Positions 35,375 through 47,300 of a stretch of DNA of 64,000 nucleotides are shown here, piece after piece. The translations under genes and the position numbers were made by a program. Each line of letters opens with the position of its first letter. The first letter of the stretch is position 1. Location of the stretch: assembly GCA_000708835.1 (NCBI GenBank), contig DF237037.1, forward strand, positions 124,001-188,000. The letters are read 5' to 3'. The notes under the pieces were generated by a model. It did no database searches. It had not been told where the DNA came from and saw nothing but the letters and a program-made list of their open reading frames with translations. This stretch comes from Klebsormidium nitens. Taxonomy: Eukaryota > Plantae > Klebsormidiophyceae.

Positions 35375-38300
35375 ATGGTGAGTGGGTTCTTTCTAGACGC
35401 AATGTTTGCAAGTGGTGTCTTTCTAAAACAAGCACCCTGGTCAAGTCTGTAATGGGCAGGTGACTTATACCACCAAAGACCAGAAACAATATCTCAACTA
35501 GGAGACTTTGCAGTACAACAATGACCGGAAGGCCTCTCGAGGCTAGCAAATGGTTGGCCGCTGAGCTCTCTTCCGCAAAGAAAACCACATTCCGCCCGCA
35601 TCTTGAGCATGCCGCAATCTTTCATGATTATAAAATACAGCATTGGTCAATCAAAGAGGGTGGGTTCATCGGCTAGGATTAGCATCAATAGCTGAGTGAC
35701 TTTCTGCTCTCAATCTTCAGAAGAAACTCTTCACCATCGATGCGTCACAAAATGGAAGGGGCTCCGTTGCCTTCACCTGGAGTCCAAGAGGCACTCATTT
35801 GGCGGTGGCTGGAACCCAGGTAAGTTTCAAATACACCTTCTTGCCCCAAACCTTGGACCCCAATGGTGGCTTTGTAAAAAGCAGGTTCTTTGTTTGTGGC
35901 ACCTGCCGCAAGCACTCAAAAAGTGAAATAGCCGGAAGCAAGGTTATGGTTCGAATTGGAGAGTACATGCAGACAGTCCACATAAAACCAAGGTGCGAGC
36001 ACTTTCCTAACCTTACAATTGCCCACCACCCCAGAAGAATCTGTTTCATCTACACTCCCACTAAAAGCTGACAATGAGACCAGCAACTCAACTGCCATCT
36101 TATAAATCGATCTGTGTTTCGGTTTAAATTTCTTCAGCACAACAGCAAGCAGTATCTTATGCAATTTGTTTCATCAACCCGTTCGCATACTGCAGCGCAG
36201 GGTCTGCAGTGTCTTATGCACTTCGTTTCATCAACCCGTCCGCAAACTGCAGCGCAGAGTCTGCAGTATCTTATGCAGTTTCTTTCATTAATCCATTCGC
36301 AAACTGCAGAGCATGGTCTGCAGTCTCTTATGCAGTTTATCTCAATAACCCATCCGCAAACTGCAGCGGAGGGTCTGCATCTACCTTCGCTCCGGCCAGC
36401 TCTACGATGAGATTCTGCTTCCGGAACCGGATGGCAAGATCAGCTCCTCAGAGGCGGACCTCTCGTGCTGCATAACACTGGCATGGGATGCACCGGGGGA
36501 CACACTGGCGATTTTGCAGAGAGGAGGGTAAGCTTTTACACGCTTTTTGGTAAGGTATACTCTTGCATGTCCAGATGAGTCCACTTGCCCTTCACACTGT
36601 GCTACAAGGAGCTGCATGCTCGACATCCTGCAAAGAAGGTCTATTCAACGAGTGCGGTTGCACATGCGTCTGCTGGCCATAAGAATCGCGCTAGCAATCC
36701 TGCGGAGAAATGGGGATGCGCTCTTGCGGGTCCAAGACGCCTGAGAGAATTAGACAAAGACCAAGTTGAACCCACGAAAGCTGGTGGTTTGCACACTCCC
36801 TGACTGCCCGCAAAGCTCAAGGGGCTAATGACAGTCTCAAGATACTTTGCACGACACGTATTCAGGCCTGCATATGCGGTAAGAACGAAGGTATGGACCC
36901 GGCTTGAGAAGGCGGCATCCTCGATTCTACAGTATCATTGTTGAAGTCAGCTAAGAAGATGCGCCTTCGTTGGAACTCCGCTATTCCCGTCAGGCAATAG
37001 TCGATCTGCTGTATGCGCCAGCGACGGAAGGAGCGGACCACGGTGGAGAACGGAACGAAGAGCCGGCTTCTCTTCCGAAATTCGTCAAATTCAGCTCAAA
37101 AACACGGCGTGCCCTTCAAACGGGTCAGTCGGAAGCCACCACTTCTGATGATTCTGTACCGCAGGTACTCAATCCTGCTGTATGCGCCGGCGACGAAGGA
37201 ACGCACCAAAGTGGAGACCGGGATGAAAGAGCTGACGTTCCTCAGTTGGGCCAAGAGCGGGCCGGTCCTGGCGGTGGGTACCGCCAAGGGCAATCTGCTG
37301 CTCTACAACCAGGCGCTGGGGAAGAGGGTGAGCGTTTGTGGCCGCTCGAGTTCTTCGGCAGAAGCTTTTCGAGTGCGAAACCGTTTTCAAAGCATCCAAA
37401 GTTTAGGTCTGTTTACATGGATGTGTCCTTTCGAATGTTGCGGAAGCTTCTGCTGCTGGTCGAGACGAGCAAATCGGCGAGTCTTCGGCTCTCAAAGTTA
37501 CGATGTGGCTCGCAGAGCTGACCGCTTGATCTTGGTCAATTGAAGGGGTTGAACAGCGTCTCACACGTTAATTAGACGGGCTTGGCGTAGCTCCTTCAGC
37601 TAAGCGTTTGCGCTATGCTCCACTCGTTTGCACAATGTACCGACGAGATTGCATGAGAGACGTGAATTGTCAAATCATAGAGATGTGAAAATAGGCAAGC
37701 GAGCTTGCGTTAGTCTTTACTTTTTCGGCGGTCTGCAGATCCCCATCATGGGCAAGCACACAAAGCGCATCACGTGCGGCGCGTGGAGCGCGGGCAACCG
37801 GCTGGCCCTCGGTTCGGACGACCGGCGAGTGTCCGTCAGCACGGACGCCGGGGACACCATCAAAGAGGTGATCGCTTGTTGAATTATTCCGTCTGTTTCT
37901 GCAAGAGCATCTGCATCTGATTAAGGGTTTCTGACGCAGCCCCTTTTGCGTTCGTCGCTAGCTGTAAGGTGGGCACCGGGTGACACTTTCATTCGACATC
38001 GCCCTCCAAGTCGTTGTCCGAGAGTTCCATCTTTGTGAGCTGGAAAGCACTTCAGACCGAAGCACCGTTTTTCGCATCGAAATCAGGAGACTCGTGCTGA
38101 CGTAAAAACTTAATATTTTTTGACGCACCTTACGTAACTCGCCCTACAGCTGTCAATGAAGTCGGAGCCTGTGGAGGTGACGTTTGCGGACATGAAAGAC
38201 GACAGCGGAGCAAGCGGGCCCAAAATGGTAAGACTACTCTTTTTGAGTTGATCCTTGACGCCAGTCTAGTACTTCTGGACAGCGATCGCTGTCGAGCATT

Positions 38301-41300
38301 CGCAAATTACTTACGTTTGAGGTCGATAATGTTGTCACCGTTTCCCATCTTGATTCCGTTGTCGAAATTCCGACCGCCCATGTCACATTCGCTACGTTCC
38401 GTTTGACTGCTTTCTTTCGGCTCAAAATCTTTCCGCTCTGTTTTAATTCTGCAGGAAAATACGGTGTGCGTCAACGTGGGCCGCAAAACCCTGTACCTCT
38501 ACCGCCTGAGTGATAAGGAGGGCGACAAGCCGACCACACCTTTAGAACTCGCCTTTCAGGACGTGTACGGGCAGGTGAGGGGTGAACCCTGCTCTAAAAT
38601 CTTCTCTAAGTCGTAGCAGGCCTTTAGCTAGCCTGGTCAAACTCTCGGGAGGAGAACATGGATCCTACTGTCTTCTTTGGGCTGAGAAGCCGGAAAAATA
38701 CGGTTGATATTGTCGTTCAACCAGGTTGGAACGGGAGACGGAAACAGTATACTTCTAGTGGGGTACGCAAAAGGTATCAACACAACTGACGTTCTTATCC
38801 AATTGGTCCTATCTTGATGACGTTTGCTGTTACGGTGAACCACTTTCACACATCAGCCGCCGTGACTCGCCCCTTATATATTTCCATCAACCTTGAAATA
38901 TGCAACTACGTTGTTGGCATTGGCACTTTAGAAAGTGACCCAAAATCCATGATCAACGAAGTGCAGAGATGGTTCAAACCTGCTATGCAACCGAAGATTG
39001 CAGAAACAATTCTGCTTTGCATCTGAGGATTGGAATAAAAGGAAATATGATTTATCTATTGTTTTATTGGTTCGCAGATCCTGTGCCACCGCTGGTTCGG
39101 GGACGGGTACGTGCTGCTCGGTTTCAGCACGGGCCACATCGTGATCGTGTCAACGCACACCAAGGAACTCAGCGAGGAGGTGCACTCAGCCAAGATTCTC
39201 AAGGTGAACCTCATCTCGTCTTCTGCCGACGCGCAAGTCGTGGTCTCCTTTCTCAAAAGCGTTTTGCTGATGGAAGTCAGCGTTCGCTGGAACGTTCGCT
39301 GGAGCGGGTCGCATAAAGGAAATCGTTCCGCTGTGTTGATGCCTGGTAGTGCGTATCCAGCGGAAGCGCGGACGCGGAAGCCTGGCAACGTGGCACAGCA
39401 ACAAGCGACGCAAATCTCACCTCGATACACGTTACATCAAAGTGCTGTTTACGCGCATTATGGTCGGCGGAGTTTGTCAGAACGTGAAGTATTCTGTGTA
39501 GAATAAGTAGTCATGTCTTAAGGATATCTCTATCCGTCAAAAAGGTTGCGCTCTGCGAGGAAGCACTGTGCCTGTCCTTGCGCCTCGCTTTTTGTCAATC
39601 TCCACAAAAGATACGGCGTCAGGCAGACTGGTGCTTTCACCTGAGGAAAAGACACATTCTTGAAGCCGCACAGAGACTCAAGACAGCGACGGAAACAGAG
39701 TCGCTTCTTAAAACTGCAGGACGGGGTATCAGACGTGGCTTACTGCGCGGCGCTAGACCGCGTGGCAACCTGCGGAGGCAACACGGTGAAGTTTGTGGAC
39801 CTGAGAGGGTTGGAGTTCAAGGTGAGCTTGCGCGCACTCCGGAACTCAGTGCCCGCTTGCCACAAAGTATAGCTACGGACTGCGAATAAGCAAGAGTGAT
39901 CCTAAACTGGGTTACGACAGTATCTAACCAGAGGGAACCCAAAGTTATGCACTTCTGACATTCCCTCCAAGAAGCGCAAGTGCTCTTTACCTGTATCCCG
40001 TTTTCGAAACCGAGCACAAAACAGAGCACAACAGGCACCATTTGCAGTTGTGAAAGCATCTCGAACCCGAGAAAGGAAGGGAAACGCTCCTTACCGGAGA
40101 TGTCCACCTTCATTTGCAGGAGATCAAGTCCGTACCAGCTGACGCTCGACGCGGGCGCCAACTGTTGTTGCTCTCTTAAAACAGATCACATCAGAAACCG
40201 TTTGTTTTTGCGAATCGAGCACAACACAATTGCAAAAGCATCTCATATTTCACCGACTAAGAGAAACGGTCCTGACCGTTGAATTTCCCACCTTCGTTTG
40301 CAGGAGATTAAGTCCGACCAGCTGACGCTCGACGCGGGCGCAAAGTGCGCGCGCGTGCAGTGGACGCGCGACGGCCAGGTCTTGACGGTCGCCACAAAAG
40401 ACGGGGAGCTGCACGGGTTTCTGGCGACCCTGCCAGCCGTGTGCGCGAGCTGGGACGCGCGCGTCGCGCACCTGACGTCACTGCAGGAGCTCTCCGTCGA
40501 GGACACACTGGGCCAGGTGAGGGGTGACGCGATGCTGACGTTACTTCAATCCAAAATTGAAATGTAATCGGCGAGCAAAGTACCCTGGCCTTTGAGAGTG
40601 GGGAAAAGAACGTCGAGACGGCAGAAAGGTAAGGGGCCGGCTCGCTTTTGGTGATTGAAGCCGCAGGGTTTCTTTTTTTTGCAAGGAGACCGGGCCTTTT
40701 CTCCCCACTTTGAGTAAGAGATTCTGAAAGACGTTCGTGAAGTCAGAAACTCACTTCTGTCCGCGTGCTTAACCTCGCCGTTCCCGCCACGGTCGTAAAG
40801 ACACCCCGAAGCATGCGCGTCTCGTATTGCTGCAAGATCAGAATGCTCGCGATTAATACAGATTGCGCATCCTCCATTCGCTCACACGAATTCAATCGAA
40901 CGAATTGAATTGCGCAAACCCGGAAACTCCTCGCAGGGCATCGCGCTGCGCGTCGAGCTGTTCGCGGAGCCGGCCGCGTGCGCGCTCGGCCCGCTGCACT
41001 GCGCGGCCGCGGCCGCGAACCAGGCCTGGTTTTACCACCTACCGGGCGACGGGTTGGCGTCGCCCAGCATGCTGGAAAGTCACAAAGAGTACTCGGGGGA
41101 CGTCCAGGAGGTGCGCTTCATTCTTTTTCTACGTTATTTCTACGAATTTTGGAAAATGTTCTAGAAATACCACGCTGATCAGGGTCTCGAAATGTTCAGG
41201 AGGTGCGCTTACCAAGCCTCTTGAAATGTCGAACATTACCTTTCCTTGTCGTCGTTGGACTGCAGTCCTGGTCCGTCGAAGCTTTTGCGGCTAGTGGGAG

Positions 41301-44300
41301 GAGACGGTGAAAGATTCCCAAACACTGCCCTGCGTTGATTATACTTACTGTGATCTGTTCCGTCCCTTGGATGAGCGACTCCTCGACTTTGACCTGACCT
41401 CGAACACGATGAAAGCATCTGGGTGTGGCATCTTGATTGATTGGCGTTTCAGGAATAAAAGGTGCCTCTAACAGAAGTTGAACTCTTTGCGTCCCGTTCT
41501 TGCGTATTTTGAGCGCCTACACTTCTAGTGATCCTCGTTGATCGGGCGGTCGTGGTCAGCTCTACGGCCGTCACACATTTGGTCGCTCTGCTTGTGTCGT
41601 TTAGTCAAGCTTCGACCGTTGTTCGGCCTTCGAAACGGTTCACTCCTGATAGAACCTGAGAGGCAATGTTCAGGCCTCTTTCCAATGCGTATAAGCACGT
41701 ATATCATCCAGGTCGAAGTCTTCAGATAGACTCAAGGTAGTTTCGAAACTCTCGCAAACATAGGCCCCTGAAAGCTTTTCTCGAGGGAGTCTCTGCTAAG
41801 TCCGAAAGCCTTCACCAAACGTTTGTGTTTTCCTCCGTTCCAGATCCGGCTCAATAGTCGGTTCGCGGCAGTTCTCGTGAACGGCCGCATTGAGTTGCAC
41901 ACGCTGAGCAGCCCCGGGGAAACGCCAACCGACCCGGAAGAGGCTCCTCCGCCGCACTTCACCCTCCCGGAAGGCGACCAAGTGGGCACAGACACAATAA
42001 CCACTGTCGCCCTCACAGAGGCGTCTCTCATCTGCGCAACCTCGGGGGGGGAAGTACTATACTACTTTCTCGACCCCCATACCGGGCCGGCATTGATAAA
42101 CGAATGCAAGCACCCGGGGGGGAAAATCCACAGGCTCTCCTCCAACCCGCTCGGGACACGTGTCGCGCTGCTGGATGGCCACGGGGCCGTCGTTCTGTAC
42201 AACCCGGTCACGGACGAAGCGCTCCCGGTACCAACCGGACAGAACGTTGAAGCGGTTCTTTGGGATTTGTGCGACCCCGGGGTGTTCTTCGTCGTCGAAC
42301 CGGGCCAGATTGTCTGCCACGTGTACTCCCCGGTAACGGTCTCTAGTCCAACGATAACGGTAGTCGGCGCGACGCCGCGGCCGCTCGGTCACTGCCCGAT
42401 TACCGTCTACCACGGGGTGGTCACGTGCCTGGTGCAGGGCGGGGGTTTGGAGGGGTTTACGCTAACGAGCCACACCCGGTTACAGGGAACGGAAGCCCGG
42501 TTTGCGGAAGCCGGGGCGGAGCGTTTCGAACAGAATCTCGCGCTTTTGAGGCTCAAGCCGGCGTTCATGGAGGCGCTCCTGCTCAAGAAACAAGACGTAA
42601 GCCGTTTCAAATCCTGCTGAACCTTCGGCAAATCGTGGTCGGGCAAAACTTTCCGCAAGTCAGTTTTTAGGTTTTGGAGCTTGTGCGAGGGTAGATCACG
42701 CAGGCTGATCGTAAAGGCTGGTACTTCTACGTTCAAAGTGTACCTGCAATTTATAGCTTCACAAACAAACGTGGAACGAACTCAGGGATCGCTGTCGGCC
42801 TTTCGAATTGGTTGATCGGTAATCATGGCTCCAGAATACGACGGATGAGACGGTTCTAGAAATGGCCAATCTTCGCAGTCGTCTTTCGGACCATCGCTCA
42901 CTACCGCGGTAATTGACGAAGTCAGCACTTACTATCACTCCCTGACATTTCAGGCATTCTGAGGCATCTTCTGATTGTCGTGGTCACGCCATCCCTCGGC
43001 TACATATGCGGATCGCCCTAGACGGCCATCCCTCACACCAAACCTAAAACGGCAACGAACGCGGTCTCTTGAAGAAACATTACTAGCTTGTCTTTGCTTA
43101 GAACCTCAAACCCTCCCGCTCTTTCACAGGCGTGGGAGCGGCTCGCGCGCGCCGCCCTGCGCGAGCTCGACGTCGACCTGGCCGCGCGCGCGTTCCGCCA
43201 GCTGGGCGACGCGGGGATGGTCCAGAGCCTGCTCGGAATCGCCCACGTGGAGGAAATTCATTTGCTGGCGGGGCACGTGCTGCTTTTGCTGGGCGAAGAC
43301 TACGACGCGGCGCAGGAGCGCTTTCTGCAGTCCTCGCGCCCGATCGCGGCGCTGGAGATGCGGAAGGACCTGCGGCAGTGGGACCAGGTGAGGGGGGGCT
43401 TTCCGTGAGTTGATATCCCCCCCCCTTTTCTTTTGTCATCTCTGATTCGGCGCTTGAGATGGCGAAATAATCTGGCAGTGGGACCTAGGTGAGGAGGGAT
43501 CCTTTTGTGGGCTGTTTCAGCCCCCGTTTCAAATCTGATGGTGAAGACGCATCGATATTTATGTTTGCTAAGTACGCTGACTTCGTCGGTCTGCAATCCC
43601 TTCTGCCCCGGTGTAAGAATTTTGCTTTTCTTGGACAAGGCACCAGTGAGAGCCAGTCTCAGCTGGTCGTGCGCTCGATTCTGTCAGAGGAATGGCAAAA
43701 GCTTTGACGGCGGCTGCAAAACCGTATTTCCAAGCCGCAGCGCTTTTTTTTACTATCTGCAATTCCTCTCTCGATTTTGAGTCGCCATTCTCCCAGGCGC
43801 AAGCATGGACCTTCTCTTTGAGGACGACGATCTAGATTCCGGCACCTAAATTGGCCTAAGTCTGGTTCCACGCATTCGAGTTTTGCTCAAATTGGTAAAG
43901 CGACGCAACTTGCATCTCTGGCAGGCCCTCAAATTGGCCCGCCAGCTGGACCCCTCGTCCGTCGGCGACATCAGCCGCGAATACGCGCAGCTCCTCGAAA
44001 TGAGGGGGGAGTTCCAGCCCGCCCTGGACTACTACAACCAGGCCCTCGCTTCGGCCACAAACGACGACGAGAAGCGCGCGAGCGCGCGCGCGGGAGTCGC
44101 GCGCGTCACCATCCAGCTAGGAGACGTCAGGCGCGGCCGCCAGCTGGCCCTCGAGTGCGCGAGCGCGCAGCTGTGCCGCGAGTGCGCGGCGATCCTGGAG
44201 GGGATGAATCACATGCAGGTGCGCAGCCGCAATGCGCGGTTTCCAAACCTTCGCTAAACCTTCTCAGCGGCGCTTGGAATGAGGCGCGCCTTGGAATCGT

Positions 44301-47300
44301 CTCGTATCGACTTCGCTCTCTCGTGATTTGAGACCTTTAGACCTGTCCTCAAAGAAGGGCTCCTTTAGAAATTCCATAGTATAGCTGGAGCTTGTGTAAA
44401 AGGTTGTCAAGGACCGCTGATTACCCCGTAAGAGCGAGGCCTTTTATCTATGCGCGCTTTTACTGCTTGACTTCGAAGGACGTCAAGGAAGTCATTGTCT
44501 TGCCGCTTATGAATGTGTTCCGGGGCAAATCCGTTCGTGTTTGGTATTTCAAGCAAGACTGGAGGTTTCGCTGAAGGAAGTTTTCAACTTGAGCGAAGAT
44601 CTAATCCCTTATTCGTAATTTTCACTATCCGGTTGCAGGACGCTGCTGAGCTGTACGAGCGCGGCGGCCAAGAGGAGAAGGCCGCGAGCATCTACATCGC
44701 GACGCGGAACTTCGCGGCCGCGCAGCCGCTGCTCGCGCGCATCTCCGCGCCCAAGCTGCACCTACAGGTAGGCGCAGACAAGCTCTGCATCTTGGCGGTA
44801 TTCGGGGGTCGCAACCAGGGTTTTGCTGAAACCTCGGCCTTGGCTTGTGTTAAAGGCTGATTTAATGACCCAGCTATACGGCGTCTCCAGTCTTCGGTCG
44901 AAGCGAACCCCTATCCGATTAATTCTTACACGTTGATTGTTGCGCCGATCTGTTGCCATGGTTGCCATATGGAGCACCACTTACTTCACAGTATCCCGTT
45001 TATACCTCATCCAAATCTCGAGAGCTTACTCTGAAGCAAACTCAAAGGAGGCTTTGTCCCTCCATCGATGGACATTCTTCGCCCCGTCGATAGCCTTCAT
45101 CGATAATTGGTACGCATACTATCCAAACCCTCCCGGCCAGAAACACCTCAACGCTTGTAATATAGATGATTGTTTAGCTAAATATTCCCCCACTTCCATG
45201 CAGTATGCCAAAGCAAAGGAAGCCGATGGCAAGTTCGACGCGGCCGCGGCCGCGTACGAGGCCGCGGGCGAGATGGACCACATGGTGCGCCTGCTCCTGG
45301 GGCCGCTCCAAAACCCCCAGAAAGGGTTCGCGATCGCGCGGGGGACGCGATCGGCCGACGCGGCCGCGATGGCGGCGAAGCACTGCCTGATGAGCGGGAA
45401 CTATGCGGAGGCCGTGGAGTTTCTCGTGCTGTCAAAGCGGTGAGGGCTTGAATGCAGGAAATCTTCGGTCTTAGATATATTGCGGTCGATCGTGTGCACA
45501 CAAGTCCATGCAGGGCAGAGCGACGTACCGCAAAACTAGGAGCGAAGGCAAGTGTATCGCGCCTAGAAGAGGGTTGTCACTTCGTACGTAGACTTTCCGT
45601 TCCATAGGTCATGGCCTCAGTGAGTTCTGCCTTGTACGGGTCCTCTTACTTTTCAGGAAACCATTCTGTTCTTTGAGTATGAAGCGGCGGGTTCCTTGGC
45701 GCGTTGTAGTTATCTACATACGATAACACGTCTGGCTGACCTGTTAAGCAGCCTCCAAAATGGCGATACGACAAAGCTCGGAAGTCTGTCAATCTGGCTT
45801 TGGAACGGTACCTTAGAATGCGTCTCTTCGTGTGCTTAAGCATCCAACAGCTCATCTTCTAAGATCCTCGAATTTTTGCGCGGTTGAGCCTTCCACACCC
45901 CTTCTTCTGGAATCCCGAAACCCTTCTCGCCCGCGCAGGCCCGAGGAGGCGTTCGAGCTCATGCAGACTCAAGGAGATTGGAAACTCTACTTTCAGAAAT
46001 TCTGTCTTTCGCGCGCGCGCGCAGGCCCGAGGAGGCGTTCGAGCTCGCGCAAATTCGAGACGAACAAGAATCTCGCACCTCTGCTTCTAGAAAGTTTTCA
46101 ACGTTCCGCGCGCGCGCAGGCCCGAGGAGGCGTTCGAGCTCGCGCAGACGCACGACACGATGGACGCGTACGCAGCGCTCGTGGCCGACGGCGCGGCGCC
46201 CGACGGAACCCTGCGCCTCGCCAAGTACTACGAGAGCCGAACGGCCTTTGGCAAAGCGGCGCGCTTTTACGACAAGTGTGGGCAGGCGAAGCAGGCGCTG
46301 AGGCTGTATCTGCGGAGCGGGGCTGAGGGCGACATCGAACAGGTGACGTCCGCGCTTTGAAGTGTCCCCGGTACTTGGAGCGAGGCGTCAAAGTTAGTGT
46401 TTTGTCTGACCGCTCTGCAAAAGTAGGAAGAGTGCAGTGATTCGATACATACAACAAGAAGGCGCAAACACAGGAGGAAAGCATTCGGCGCCTCAACTGG
46501 CAGATAACAAACTCGACGCGTCAAGCTCGACGTTTTGCCATAAATGTCACAATTCGATCGCGGAACACGAGTTGAACGGCTCGACTAGGTGTTTTCATGC
46601 AGTATGCATTATACCCGTATCACTTTGAAACGCATAACTGTCTTCATGAACCGTCTTTAAGCATCCAGGGTTTGAAAATCGAGTGGCGACCATTTCGCAG
46701 GCGATCGAGATGGTTGGTCGCCGCAAGGACGACGAGCTGACGGGGCAGCTGGTTGACTACTTGGTGGAAGGCGCCGAGCAGACGCTGAAGAACCACAACC
46801 TGCTTTTCAAGCTGCACCTGGAGCTCGGGGACTTCGTCCAGGCGGCCAAAATGGCCGTGCTCATAGCGCGGCAGGAGCAGGTGCGTTTGAATGCCATAAC
46901 CGGGGGCGCCGTTTTGCAGAAACATAAAAGTTTTTCGGAAGGTTGTGGGTTATGGGTTTGACACGCCGAAAAAAAGTTAGGAAGAGGTCGCCTGACGCAA
47001 AGGGAGATATACCAAAAGAAGCTATTCAGATCGAAGTAACGTGATTCAAGAAAGAAGGCCCGTGCTTCCGTATTTGGATGAGAGGACCATGCAAACAGGT
47101 TTCGGTTCCGTGCTTCTATGATTGCTTGCGTAGCTTCCGGGCCTTTCTCTTCAGGAAAGTCCGGGCCTTTCAGGAGAAGACAACTATGTTTACCCCCTCA
47201 AAACACTCTTGTCTTCTCCATCTGTTAATCAACGCGCCATTAAACAGTGTCCTCTTGAAGTTAATTACCGCCCACGGCCTCCGGATTCTAAAACGAATAT

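Noticed and set aside
35150-35588. Spliced upstream ORF on the minus strand ending just before the TBC ATG
   Set aside because: There is no in-frame ATG and the splice sites are only putative. Kept only as a possible UTR structure.
36114-36475. Repeat-protein ORFs with a 19-aa period
   Set aside because: They are by-products of the 57-bp intronic junction repeat and are not in the IFT144 frame.
38700-38790. Possible very old echo of IFT144 exon 39078 ([16 protein letters not shown] versus [14 protein letters not shown])
   Set aside because: The similarity is too weak to distinguish from chance by eye. The same applies to faint candidates near 16460, 19170 and 20255.
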